Assembly: GCA_934122085.1 (NCBI GenBank)
Contig: CAKOVS010000003.1
Location: 81,734-145,733 of the forward strand
Length of the DNA: 64,000 nucleotides
Origin: an uncultured Clostridia bacterium
Lineage (GTDB): Bacteria; Bacillota; Clostridia; TANB77; CAG-508
Direction of reading: 5' to 3'
Shown: piece after piece, positions 29,598 to 39,812 of the stretch
Layout: every line of letters starts with the position of its first letter
Position numbering within the stretch: position 1 is the first letter of the stretch
Position numbers and translations under genes: made by a program
The notes under the pieces: generated by a model
Database searches by the model: none
Told to the model about the DNA's origin: nothing
Seen by the model: only the letters and a program-made list of their open reading frames with translations

Positions 29598-30341
29598 TTA
29601 TAATTTCGTAACAATAATTCCAATTACAATTCCAAATATATTTCCTAATGCTGTCATTCTGCCATGATATAATTTATTAGATTCTGGAACAAGCTCTCCA
29701 GATACTATATAAAGCATCGCCCCAGCCGCAAAGCTTAGGCATAATGATATTATCTGTTCTGATATTCTTCCTATAATACCTCCTATCAATGCACCAATTC
29801 CTGTTGCAATTCCAGATAATATTACATAAAGCATTACTTTATATACTTTCATTCCACCTGTTTTCATTGGTAATGCCATTGAGATTCCTTCTGGAACATC
29901 ATGAAAACAAATTGCTAATGCTAGGGATAATCCAAGCTTAGTTGATGCTTCAAAACCAGATCCTATTGCAAGTCCTTCTGGAATATTATGTATTGCTAAT
30001 CCTATACTTACTATTATTCCAGTTTTTAATAAATTACTTGCTATATTAGTATCTATTTTTCTGGTGTTAAATTTTTTATCTACAATAACATCACAAAATA
30101 TCATCGCAATTATTCCTAAAATTATTCCGATTATTGTCTGTGTTATATTACTTATTTCTAATGCTTCTGGTATTAAATCAAAACATATTACTGACATCAT
30201 TAATCCTGCCGCAAATGACAAAATAAAACTTAAAAATTTATTTGATGTATTTTTTATTGTACATCCTATAATTCCTCCTACAGTTGTTCCTATAGTTCCA
30301 AAAAACAATCCTAAAATAGTTGTATTTATAATATTTTCCAT
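29598..30341 (-). CDS. zupT: ZIP-family zinc transporter ZupT
   Basis: Multi-TM protein with HNIPEGLAIG and HDVPEGISMA ZIP signature motifs. Confidence 0.8.
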   Translation of the reverse strand: MENIINTTILGLFFGTIGTTVGGIIGCTIKNTSNKFLSFILSFAAGLMMSVICFDLIPEALEISNITQTIIGIILGIIAMIFCDVIVDKKFNTRKIDTNIASNLLKTGIIVSIGLAIHNIPEGLAIGSGFEASTKLGLSLALAICFHDVPEGISMALPMKTGGMKVYKVMLYVILSGIATGIGALIGGIIGRISEQIISLCLSFAAGAMLYIVSGELVPESNKLYHGRMTALGNIFGIVIGIIVTKL

Positions 30342-30411
30342 TAATCAAGCCTTTCTCTTATAACCTTTTTTTAATTTATATTTTCACAATATTTTTTTAT
30401 TACAATTTTCA

Positions 30412-30448
30412 GAAAAAGAGGGTGCAATGCACCCTCTTTACTGAGAAA
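30412..30448 (-). terminator. Rho-independent terminator downstream of the ABC exporter gene
   Basis: aaagagggtgcaatgcaccctcttt hairpin with a U-run in the minus-strand sense. Confidence 0.6.
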
Positions 30449-30457
30449 ACAATTATT

Positions 30458-32281
30458 TTAAATCTCTTTTACTAAATTCATTTCTCCTTCTTTTGCAAAT
30501 TTTAAATTTCTAAAGCTATACTCGTTTTCAAGTTTTTTCTTAAAACCATCAATATTCTGGTGAGTAGAAATAATAACTATTCTTTTCTTATCAGAATTTG
30601 CAAATCTCACAATATACTCTAAAATTCGCTCTGCATCTGCAGAATCTGTTTCAGATTTATCGTCAAGACCAGATGTACATTCGTCAAGCACCAAAACATC
30701 AATTTTTGCATCAAGCCAATAGAGCATTTTTGCAAGAATCAGTCTCTGTTTTTGACCATTTGAAAGAGATTGCTCAAATTGCTTTTGTTTCATCCATTTC
30801 CAAACTTCAAAGCAATTGGCTTTTATTTCACTCCACAAATGAAGATTCTCCAAAATTTCCTGCATTTTTACCAAATCTGGATTTTCACTACAACAAAATA
30901 GTTCATCAAAAATATTCAAACTTCCAAATTTAAGCTTTTCATCATAAAACAAGAATCTGGACGTTGAAGGAATGTCTGTACTCTTTTCAACTCGGATCCG
31001 TTCTGTAAGCATTTTCATAAATGTCGATTTACCAGAACCAGACGGACCATATAAAATAACAATTTCTCCATCTTTAATATTTATTTCATCCTTTGATGTA
31101 AGAGTAAATGGTTTATCATTTTCAGACTCTTCCAAATATCGAATTGCAAATGGTTTAATTCTAAGATTTTCAATTTTGTAAGTTTTTTTTCTTTTTTCCT
31201 CTTCCTCATGATAAACCTTAAGAATCAATTCCATATCTTGCTCTTCTTTATTCATTATGATAACTCTCTCATTATGGTTATTCATAATAACTGCTATTTT
31301 TTGAATTTTATTTAATGCTGTTTCTACGATTATAAGTGTTGCTGTTATTTCAGAAATAGTACCAATATTAATTGTATTCCAATCGACTCCAATCAAATAT
31401 CCTATTATAACACCATATTGAGCAAATACCTGTGTTGCAGAAATAAAAATTCTAGAAAGATTTATTTTTTTGTGATAACTCTTTACATTTTGATTTTTCT
31501 CTGCAATACTCTTCTGAAATTTTCCGATTCTCATCTCCATATCTTTTTCTACAATAGTTGGCACTCTTAGCAAATCATTTACAATTACAGATTGCTCATT
31601 ATTGTACTTTTTATACCTTTGATAATATTGTTCTGTACTTAAAGTTATATATGTTACACTAAAAAATGAAATAACACAAAATCCTAAAACTAATGGAACA
31701 AAAACAGATTGTGAAATTGTTGTATTAGTTGCAATTGCTATAAATAGCATTACAAAAACACTCATAATTTCCAAGAAGTCAAAGAATGTTTGAACTTTTA
31801 ACTTCCAAAGATTTTGTAAATACTGCTTAATAGTATTTAATACAGATTCATTACTCATTGTAGTATATAGCTTACTATTAGAATCAAATTTTAATACTTT
31901 ATTTGCAATTTTTCCAATAATTCTACTTCCTCTCAAAACTATTTCATCTTCGAAAATTAGATCAAACTTTTTATTTTCTGAACTCTCCCAAAGATAAAAT
32001 GCTTCATTTATTACATCTTGACCTCGATATAACATGAATAAGACAATTCCAAATACTATAAATTTATACTCAATCATCATATTGGTTATTTTAAGCATAA
32101 ATGCGAAAATAAGAGAAATAATGCTCATACCAAAGTCCATCAATTCTACTTTAGTTCCCATCCGTTTAATATCAGTTGGAACTTCAAGTAATTCATCTTT
32201 CAAACCATACGGTTTAAAGAATTTAGAAATAAGATCTACCACCTCCCAAATTAATTGTTTGATTCTTAATTGTTTTTTCAT
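30458..32281 (-). CDS. Fused TMD-NBD ABC exporter (permease/ATPase), orphan
   Basis: N-terminal TM helices. C-terminal Walker A GPSGSGKST, ABC signature LSNGQKQR, Walker B VLVLDE. GC is noticeably higher than in neighbouring genes. Confidence 0.75.
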   Translation of the reverse strand: MKKQLRIKQLIWEVVDLISKFFKPYGLKDELLEVPTDIKRMGTKVELMDFGMSIISLIFAFMLKITNMMIEYKFIVFGIVLFMLYRGQDVINEAFYLWESSENKKFDLIFEDEIVLRGSRIIGKIANKVLKFDSNSKLYTTMSNESVLNTIKQYLQNLWKLKVQTFFDFLEIMSVFVMLFIAIATNTTISQSVFVPLVLGFCVISFFSVTYITLSTEQYYQRYKKYNNEQSVIVNDLLRVPTIVEKDMEMRIGKFQKSIAEKNQNVKSYHKKINLSRIFISATQVFAQYGVIIGYLIGVDWNTINIGTISEITATLIIVETALNKIQKIAVIMNNHNERVIIMNKEEQDMELILKVYHEEEEKRKKTYKIENLRIKPFAIRYLEESENDKPFTLTSKDEINIKDGEIVILYGPSGSGKSTFMKMLTERIRVEKSTDIPSTSRFLFYDEKLKFGSLNIFDELFCCSENPDLVKMQEILENLHLWSEIKANCFEVWKWMKQKQFEQSLSNGQKQRLILAKMLYWLDAKIDVLVLDECTSGLDDKSETDSADAERILEYIVRFANSDKKRIVIISTHQNIDGFKKKLENEYSFRNLKFAKEGEMNLVKEI

Positions 32282-32377
32282 TCAATTTTCCTCCTAATTT
32301 TAGCTCGAAAATTTTTATAAGGATTTTCCCTTACAAATTTATTTTACCACATTTACATAATATTTTCCAGTCATAAA

Positions 32378-32507
32378 GAACAAAGCGACGCAGTCGCCCT
32401 TTGTTCTCGCCCGATTTGAGTTTTCGACTAAAAGGAGAAAATCTCAAAGGGCTAGCGATTGTAGCTTTTATATACTAGGAAGTTCGTAGAACTTTCCTAG
32501 TATATAA
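32378..32507. repeat. Copy A of a repeated two-hairpin intergenic element
   Basis: Hairpin agaacaaagcgac/gtcgccctttgttct; imperfect hairpin gcccgatttgagttttc...gaaaatctcaaagggc; perfect 17-bp hairpin tatatactaggaagttc-gta-gaactttcctagtatata followed by tatataaaaaat. It is related to the element at 59144-59253. Confidence 0.5.
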
Positions 32508-32540
32508 AAAATACCACCAATATGTGGTATTTTTTATAAA

Positions 32541-33602
32541 TTATTCTTCTTCACCTTGTAATTTATCTGCTCTATCTGCTGCAATTAAATTATCTATCAT
32601 TTCATCTAAATCACCATTTAAGAAGTTTTCCATTTGGAAAATACTCATACCAATTCTATGGTCTGTAATACGACCTTGTGGATAATTATAAGTACGAATT
32701 TTTTCACTTCTATCTCCACTTCCTACTTGTGATTTTCTTGCATTTGCTATTTCAGAATCTTGTTTTTCTTTTTCTATATTATACAATCTTGAACGTAACA
32801 TTTTCATTGCATATTCTCTATTTTGTAATTGTGATCTTTCTGTTTGACATTCTACAACAATTCCTGATGGTTCATGTATAAGTCTTACGGCTGATGATGT
32901 TTTATTAATATGTTGTCCTCCAGCACCAGATGCTCTAAATACTTCCATTTTAATATCTGCTGGATTTATTTCAATTTCAACATCTTCAACTACTGGTAAT
33001 ACTGCTACTGTTGCTGTTGATGTATGAATTCTTCCACTACTTTCTGTATCTGGAACTCTTTGAACTCTGTGTACACCACTTTCAAATTTTAGTCTACTAT
33101 ATGCACCTTTTCCAACAACCATAAATGATATTTCTTTATATCCACCTAATTCTGTTTCATTCTCATTTAATATTTCTATTTTCCAGTGTTTTCTTTCTGC
33201 ATACATTGAATACATTCTAAATAATGTTGCCGCAAATAATGCTGCTTCTTCTCCTCCAGCACCACCACGGATTTCACAAATAATATTTTTATCATCATTT
33301 GGATCTTTCGGAATTAATAATGCTTTTAATTCATCTTCAATATGTGGTAATTTCTCTTTTGCCTCATAATAATCTGCTTCAGCAAGTTCTTTTAATTCTT
33401 TATCTTCCATCATTTCTTTTGCTTCATCCATACGTTGTTTTTCTTGTTTATATTCTCTATATTTTTGTACAACTTCTTCTATTGAACTATGTTCTTTTAT
33501 TAATTTTTGCCATTCTGCTTGATTTGCTATAATTTCAGGATCACTAATTAATTTAGTTAATTCTTCATATCTAGCTTCAACAGCTTCTAATTTGTCAAAC
33601 AT
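32541..33602 (-). CDS. prfA: Peptide chain release factor 1
   Basis: GGQ motif ([11 protein letters not shown]), RF1-type RVQRVP.TES.GRIHTS region, N-terminus [15 protein letters not shown]. The start was set at the internal ATG with a GGAG RBS. Confidence 0.85.
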   Translation of the reverse strand: MFDKLEAVEARYEELTKLISDPEIIANQAEWQKLIKEHSSIEEVVQKYREYKQEKQRMDEAKEMMEDKELKELAEADYYEAKEKLPHIEDELKALLIPKDPNDDKNIICEIRGGAGGEEAALFAATLFRMYSMYAERKHWKIEILNENETELGGYKEISFMVVGKGAYSRLKFESGVHRVQRVPDTESSGRIHTSTATVAVLPVVEDVEIEINPADIKMEVFRASGAGGQHINKTSSAVRLIHEPSGIVVECQTERSQLQNREYAMKMLRSRLYNIEKEKQDSEIANARKSQVGSGDRSEKIRTYNYPQGRITDHRIGMSIFQMENFLNGDLDEMIDNLIAADRADKLQGEEE

Positions 33603-33706
33603 AAAATTATTCTCCTTTTCTACTCTCCAATTTTTAACATTATTTATTATACTATACATTTAATGGTTTTTCAAGTGTTTTTTATGTCATTTAATTTATT
33701 AAAATT

Positions 33707-35659
33707 TTAAAGTTCAATAAAATTAAATTCAATATTATTATTTTGTAAAATTCTTAATTCCCTAGTTGTACATGTAAATATAATTATTTGTCTATCTTTA
33801 AATTCTTTTGATAAAAATAGCATAATATTTTCCAATCTAATATCATCAAAATATGCAAATGTTTCATCTAATATTATCGGTAATTTTTCATTAGATATTT
33901 CATCTATAATAGCTAACCTTAATGATAAATAAATTTGATCTATTGTTCCTATACTTAACCTATCTGCTGATACATAGTTACCATTTGGCAATTCTACAAT
34001 TAATCCTTGTTCATCATTAAATAAAATATTATTATATTTTCCATTAGTTATTTTTGAAATATTTTCTGATAATTTTTTGTTAAACTCAGGATTAATATTT
34101 TCTTTTAATTTTTCATATGCCTTTTCAATTGTTTCTTTTACTAACTCAATTGCATCATTCTCTTCTTTTAATTCATTTAATTGGTTTCCTAGTATTTCTT
34201 GCTCTTCTTCTAATCTTACAATTTCACTAGATTGTTCTTCAAATTCTTCTTGTTTTATTTCTAATTTTGTTAATTCATTACTTGAATTTTCAATCATTGT
34301 TTGTAATATATTTATTTTTTTTTCAATATCATTTTCATTAAATATTTCATTTATTTTTTCTATATTAAAAATATCTGAATATTTATCAAATATTTTTTTC
34401 TTTTCAATATTTAATAAATATATATTTTTATTTTTTTCTTTTTCAATTTGTTCTTCCATTATTTTTGAATTATTATCTAATAAATTTAATTGATTTTTTA
34501 ATTTATTAATTTCATTTTCATTATTTTCTATATTATTATTATTTTGTTTTTCTAATTCTTTTATTTTTTTATTTATTGTTCTTATTTTTAAATAATAAAT
34601 AATTAAATAAATTGGTATTATAAATATAATTAAATATTTTATTATTTTATTTTTTATCAAATAAATCCAAATTAAATTAATTATTAATATAAATAAAATT
34701 ATATTATATTTTTTTATTTTTTTGTTTTTAAATTGTTTTTTATTTTCAATTAATTTATTATTTTTTATTTTATTATAATTATTATTTTCAAAATTAATAT
34801 TTTTATTTATTATATTTTTATTGTTATTATTTTCTTGAATTATTTTTTCTTTTATTTTTATTTTTTCATTATTAATTTCATTTTTATTAAAAATATTTTT
34901 TACATCTAAAAATAAATTAATTTTATTTTTATTTTCATTTATTTCTTTTTTTAATTGATTTATTTTTTCTTGATTTTCTTCTTTTAAATTTTGTTCAATT
35001 TTTAATCGATTTATTTTTTCTTGATTTTCTTCATATTTTTTATTAATAATATTTATTGGTCTTTCTTTTGTTCTTTCTGTTCCAATTTTCTCTAATTGCA
35101 ATTTATTTAATTTATCTATCGTTTCTTTATATGAAATGTTATCTTGTCCTGTTCCCAACATGTTAGAAATTTTTTGTAGTAACATTTCCTTTATATCTTT
35201 TCCAAATTTTACCTCTTGTTGTAATGATATTGATGTTGCTAAAAACATTTTTGAATCAATATTTGTTTGCTCTTGAAAAAATTCATTTCCATTTTTTTTA
35301 TTTATATTAAATTTATTTGATATTTCTTCTCCTTGTTCATTAAATATATTTGGATTTTTTTTATTAAATTCTCTATATATTTCATATTTATTTTTATTAT
35401 CTAATTCATATGTTATTTTTCCTGAAAATTCATCACTGTCCCATGGTTTATATTTTTCATAATCTGATATTTCTTTTCCATTTTTATTTTTTTGTGTTCC
35501 ATATAATATATTAAAAATAAAATTTAAAATTGTTGATTTTCCACTTTCGTTTTTTCCATAAATAATATTTAAATTATTATTTAATTTTATTTCTTTATTT
35601 TTTATTTTTCCATATGAATTTATTTTTATTTTATTTATTTTCAAAATAAATCCCTCCAT
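33707..35659 (-). CDS. sbcC: SbcC/Rad50-like ATPase (YhaN-like) with a long coiled coil, an N/K/I-rich low-complexity insert and a predicted TM segment
   Basis: Walker A GKNESGKST at the N-terminus; C-terminal LPIILDETFAYFD D-loop/Walker B; coiled-coil repeats in between. Confidence 0.7.
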   Translation of the reverse strand: MEGFILKINKIKINSYGKIKNKEIKLNNNLNIIYGKNESGKSTILNFIFNILYGTQKNKNGKEISDYEKYKPWDSDEFSGKITYELDNKNKYEIYREFNKKNPNIFNEQGEEISNKFNINKKNGNEFFQEQTNIDSKMFLATSISLQQEVKFGKDIKEMLLQKISNMLGTGQDNISYKETIDKLNKLQLEKIGTERTKERPINIINKKYEENQEKINRLKIEQNLKEENQEKINQLKKEINENKNKINLFLDVKNIFNKNEINNEKIKIKEKIIQENNNNKNIINKNINFENNNYNKIKNNKLIENKKQFKNKKIKKYNIILFILIINLIWIYLIKNKIIKYLIIFIIPIYLIIYYLKIRTINKKIKELEKQNNNNIENNENEINKLKNQLNLLDNNSKIMEEQIEKEKNKNIYLLNIEKKKIFDKYSDIFNIEKINEIFNENDIEKKINILQTMIENSSNELTKLEIKQEEFEEQSSEIVRLEEEQEILGNQLNELKEENDAIELVKETIEKAYEKLKENINPEFNKKLSENISKITNGKYNNILFNDEQGLIVELPNGNYVSADRLSIGTIDQIYLSLRLAIIDEISNEKLPIILDETFAYFDDIRLENIMLFLSKEFKDRQIIIFTCTTRELRILQNNNIEFNFIEL

Positions 35660-35664
35660 ATTAT

Positions 35665-36729
35665 TTAACTTAAAATTTCTAGTCCTATTTCTAATGCTTT
35701 TTCTATTATTTTTTCGTTATAATTATTTTTATTGTTTAATAATTCTTTTACAAATAATCCTTTTAAATTATTTTCTTGAATTATTTTTTCTATATTATAA
35801 TTTATTTTTGTATTATTTTTTATTTTTATTATTTTTTCATCTAAATAATATTTATATATTTCATTAATATTTATTTCAAAATTTCTTTTTCCAATTAATA
35901 TTATTTCATATAATTTATTTTCTTCTAAATTAATTGAATTTATTTTTTCGATTATTTCTTCTATTGAATTTAATTCTGTACAATCCAATTCTTGTTTTTT
36001 AAATTCCAATTCATCCAATTTAATAAATTCTAATTTATTTCCTAATTTAGAAATTTCTCCTGTTACCATTCCATGTTCACCCAATTCATCAAATCCCATT
36101 GCTATGGTAGAACCAGAATATATTATTTTTCCATCGTTTTTAAAATTATTTTTGTGTATATGTCCTAAAGCAATATAATCAAAACCTTTTTCTTGCAACA
36201 TTCTTGTACTCATTGAATTATATTGCATATCTTCTAAGTTCGCCCCATCTAGAGTTCCATGAATTACTAATATATTTATTTTGTTTGGATTTGATATTTT
36301 TAAATCTCTAAAATTCAAATTTGAGCAGTAAAAATCATCAAAGCCATATCCATATATATCTATATCATCTGTTTCTATCATTTCAAATTTAGGACCAAAT
36401 ATATGAACATTTTTATTCCAACAAAAATTGCTATAATATGAATTTTTTAATACTGGATCATGATTACCTGGTGAAATAAATATTTGCGTATCATTTATCT
36501 CTGAAAATAATCTATTTATATATTCAATTGTTGAACTTCTTATATATTGATTTTCATACAAATCTCCTGCAATAAAAAAATATTTTATATTATTTTCTTT
36601 TATATAATTAATTATCTTTCTTAATATAACTCTTTGATCATATCTTCTTTGCTCTCCAATTCCTATTTTGTCTGAAAGCATTTTAAATTGCATATCAAAA
36701 TGCATATCTGCTATATGTACAAATCTCAT
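35665..36729 (-). CDS. sbcD: SbcD/Mre11-like metallophosphoesterase nuclease (YhaO-like)
   Basis: MRFVHIADMHFD ... AGDLYE ... GNHD ... GHIH motifs. Confidence 0.75.
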   Translation of the reverse strand: MRFVHIADMHFDMQFKMLSDKIGIGEQRRYDQRVILRKIINYIKENNIKYFFIAGDLYENQYIRSSTIEYINRLFSEINDTQIFISPGNHDPVLKNSYYSNFCWNKNVHIFGPKFEMIETDDIDIYGYGFDDFYCSNLNFRDLKISNPNKINILVIHGTLDGANLEDMQYNSMSTRMLQEKGFDYIALGHIHKNNFKNDGKIIYSGSTIAMGFDELGEHGMVTGEISKLGNKLEFIKLDELEFKKQELDCTELNSIEEIIEKINSINLEENKLYEIILIGKRNFEININEIYKYYLDEKIIKIKNNTKINYNIEKIIQENNLKGLFVKELLNNKNNYNEKIIEKALEIGLEILS

Positions 36730-36882
36730 TATATATTTTCCCTTCTTTCGTTAATTTTTATGTAATTATTTTATTATATTTATTTTGTTTTTTCAATACT
36801 TTTTAGAACTTTTGTTTTCTTTTTGTGTAAAATTCAAAAAGAAAAAATGCCTACCTCTAAGATAGACATTTTAATTCATTTT

Positions 36883-38928
36883 TTATTCTTCATCAATTGG
36901 TCCAAATAATTCATCAAATTTAGCTTCTAACTCTTTTTGTAAATCATATGAATCCTCTTCATCTGTTATTATTGGTGCTTTTTTACTCTTTTCTGCTAGT
37001 TCTAAATTATCCAAGCTAATCATATCATTATTTGTTGTATTTGAATTCTCTGATGTTTGACTTAATTTTGTATTATCTACTGCTTCTTTCTTTGCTGTTT
37101 CATCTTTTTGACTACTAGAATCATCATCAAACAAATCATCTAATGATTCTACCTTTAAATTTTGCGCTTCTTTTTCAGCTTTATCTTCAGTCCATGGATT
37201 ATATGGATTAAATTTTCTCCAATTTCCACGTTGAATTTCGCCAATATCATTATGACTTATTTCTGAATTTTTTAAACTATTAAACATGTTTTTATGTTTA
37301 AAATAATAAAATTTATTTGCTTTAACTGGTTTTATACCTTTTTCAAAAACAATACATAAATCATTATCTAATCTTCTTAATTCATCAGGTGTCATTAATG
37401 CTCTTGCCATAACTTGATCTGAATCACTTGTTCCTGTTCTATGATGTTGCTTATCTCTACTTACAGAAATACTTTCTCTTTCAATTGTCTTTTCCCCTAA
37501 TGCTTTAGAGAAATATTCTACTGTTTTATATGAGTTACTTCCTAAAAATACATGTGTATCACAGTTACCAATAATTGTTTCATATGATTTATCATATATA
37601 GCCTCTAATTGGTCCAAATTCTGTAATATTACACTAAATGATATTTTTCTACTTCTTGAAGTTGATATTTTTTTATCAAAATCTGGTATCTTTCCTATAT
37701 TGGCAAACTCATCTAGTATAAAATATGTTGGCACTTTTAGTCTTCCCCCATTATCATCAGCAAAATTGTACAATTGTTGAATCATTTGTGAGAAAAATAT
37801 TGTTAGTAAGAAATCATATGCAGCATGAGTATCTGATGATATTACATATACTGCCGTTTTTTTACTTCCTATATCTTCAAATTTTATTGTATCTGTTGAA
37901 GTTAATTCTGCAATTTCCTTTGAGTCAAATTTTCCTAGTTTTGATTGTAATGTACTTAATATAGAACTATATGTCTTTTCAGGTGCTATTTCTATTGATT
38001 TATAATTCATTCTTGCTGGATGGTCATATGGTAATTTACTTATCAATTCTGTAAGTAAATTACTACCTCCATTTGAGTTTGCTGCTCTTACAAGTTCTGC
38101 ACAACTTGCTAAGTTTTGTTCTTCTTCTGGTCTTGCTGCCATTAAATAATATATTAATGCTTTTAATAACATTTCTGCAGAGTCATCCCAAAATGGATCT
38201 GACCCTCCTCCGTCTGTTTTTTGCCCTTTTACTATTGTATTTGCTATTACGTCTACATCTATCTCTGAGGATATATGCATTAATGGATTATATCCATCAC
38301 TATATTGTGGTTTTACTAAATTTAATACTTTTATTTCATAACCATGTTGTTTTAAATAACCGGCTGTCCTATCATAAAGTTCTCCTTTGGGGTCTGTAAA
38401 CACATATGACCCTAACATTTGAAACGCATTTGGTATTGAATAAGATGCTGATTTACCAGAACCAGAACCTCCGACTACCAATACATTAACATTTCCTCTT
38501 TTATCAACTGGTAAATAATTGTCTTCTGCTAATATAATTCCTTTTTTATTATTTAAAACAGTATATTGTTCACCATTTCTACTCCAATCACTTGAACCAT
38601 GTTCCATATCTGTATATTCATTTTTTGGAGCTGATTTTATTAATCCTATTATCATTAATATTGCATATAATATTGAAAACAATCCTACATTTTTTAAATA
38701 TTGTCCCCATATTTTTTGCGTTGACAAAATTCCTATTGATTTGCCTAAGTGTTGTATTGAATCAATTATTACTTCAATACCTTTTGTTATATCATGTTGT
38801 ATTTGTGCTTCATGTACCCCAATAGTTAATGGCATGACTAATACTATGGATATAAATACCCATAGTATAGCAAAAATTATATAATATTTCTTTGTTTTTC
38901 TTATTGCTCCCGAAATTTTGTAATTCAT
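36883..38928 (-). CDS. VirD4/TraG-type type IV coupling protein (T4CP) ATPase
   Basis: N-terminal TM helices; LVVGGSGSGKSASYSIPNAFQMLGSYVFTDPKGELYD (T4SS-DNA_transf Walker A region); FILDEFANIG Walker B. 681 aa. Confidence 0.75.
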   Translation of the reverse strand: MNYKISGAIRKTKKYYIIFAILWVFISIVLVMPLTIGVHEAQIQHDITKGIEVIIDSIQHLGKSIGILSTQKIWGQYLKNVGLFSILYAILMIIGLIKSAPKNEYTDMEHGSSDWSRNGEQYTVLNNKKGIILAEDNYLPVDKRGNVNVLVVGGSGSGKSASYSIPNAFQMLGSYVFTDPKGELYDRTAGYLKQHGYEIKVLNLVKPQYSDGYNPLMHISSEIDVDVIANTIVKGQKTDGGGSDPFWDDSAEMLLKALIYYLMAARPEEEQNLASCAELVRAANSNGGSNLLTELISKLPYDHPARMNYKSIEIAPEKTYSSILSTLQSKLGKFDSKEIAELTSTDTIKFEDIGSKKTAVYVISSDTHAAYDFLLTIFFSQMIQQLYNFADDNGGRLKVPTYFILDEFANIGKIPDFDKKISTSRSRKISFSVILQNLDQLEAIYDKSYETIIGNCDTHVFLGSNSYKTVEYFSKALGEKTIERESISVSRDKQHHRTGTSDSDQVMARALMTPDELRRLDNDLCIVFEKGIKPVKANKFYYFKHKNMFNSLKNSEISHNDIGEIQRGNWRKFNPYNPWTEDKAEKEAQNLKVESLDDLFDDDSSSQKDETAKKEAVDNTKLSQTSENSNTTNNDMISLDNLELAEKSKKAPIITDEEDSYDLQKELEAKFDELFGPIDEE

Positions 38929-38952
38929 ATGTAAATCACCTTCTCTTTTGTT

Positions 38953-39159
38953 TTATTTTGATAATTCTTCTGTTGTTTGTTTTTGCTTACTATTATTATA
39001 TGCTGGTATTGTCATATAATTTGTTGTTAACGTTTCTCTAGTTGCTGCTCCTTTTGCTTTAATTTTTATATTTTCTCTTTCTTTACTTATTCCTGCAAAA
39101 CATAAAATTGTCTTATTCATTCCAGCAGCTTCTCTAGTTTCTACTGTGTGATTTCCCAT
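38953..39159 (-). CDS. Small hypothetical protein (68 aa) downstream of the T4CP
   Basis: ORF 24 nt upstream of the T4CP start on the same strand. Confidence 0.35.
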   Translation of the reverse strand: MGNHTVETREAAGMNKTILCFAGISKERENIKIKAKGAATRETLTTNYMTIPAYNNSKQKQTTEELSK

Positions 39160-39178
39160 AGTAAAATATCCTCCTTAA

Positions 39179-39754
39179 TTACTCACCTCTTACTTCAAAT
39201 GCAAAGTAAGACTTATTTGGTTTTAATTTACACTTTCCCTTTACTTTATTTTCATTTTCATCAAAATAAAGTCTAGGTTTTATTTCTTCTGTAGTTTCAG
39301 GATCAATTACACAAATATCTCTTCTCAAATTTGGTGTATAATTAAATTCTTTAAATTCTTGTTCTTCTTCTGAATATAATGTATCAAACCTAAATGCTGA
39401 TGGATTTTTTCCGATTCTCACTTCATCATCGATTAATATTCCAGAATTAATAATAACTTTATCACCTGCAAATGATAAAATTGCTAATTGATTTCCTTGT
39501 GGTTGTGGATCATCAACATAAAAAGTTTTTCTTCTTGATTCTCCTCTAATTTCCTCTGAGCACTCCAATCTTTCAACTGTATACTTTGGATAATCTTTTA
39601 AAAACTCTTTTTTGGTTTTATATATTTGATAAATAACTGTACTTACTCCTTTTGGATCTGTTATACTAAAATGCTTTCCTTGTAACATATCCATTTTATT
39701 TACCTCTCTTTCTATGTTAACCCATAGTCTTATCTTATGTTTACCGACAACCAT
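39179..39754 (-). CDS. Hypothetical protein (191 aa; likely start at internal Met, MDMLQGKH, with an AGAGAGG RBS)
   Basis: ORF in the same operon-like run as the T4CP and the J-domain protein. Confidence 0.45.
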   Translation of the reverse strand: MVVGKHKIRLWVNIEREVNKMDMLQGKHFSITDPKGVSTVIYQIYKTKKEFLKDYPKYTVERLECSEEIRGESRRKTFYVDDPQPQGNQLAILSFAGDKVIINSGILIDDEVRIGKNPSAFRFDTLYSEEEQEFKEFNYTPNLRRDICVIDPETTEEIKPRLYFDENENKVKGKCKLKPNKSYFAFEVRGE

Positions 39755-39812
39755 ATTTTATTATACATCTTATATGCCTATTTGTCAATAGTTTAAAACT
39801 TTTTTCGGTATT

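Noticed and set aside
34450-35050. Highly repetitive AT-rich tract, considered as a possible CRISPR array or satellite
   Set aside because: It lies wholly inside the SbcC-like coding frame and keeps an open reading frame. The repeats are not spaced by unique sequences, so it is coding low-complexity and a coiled-coil duplication, not an array.
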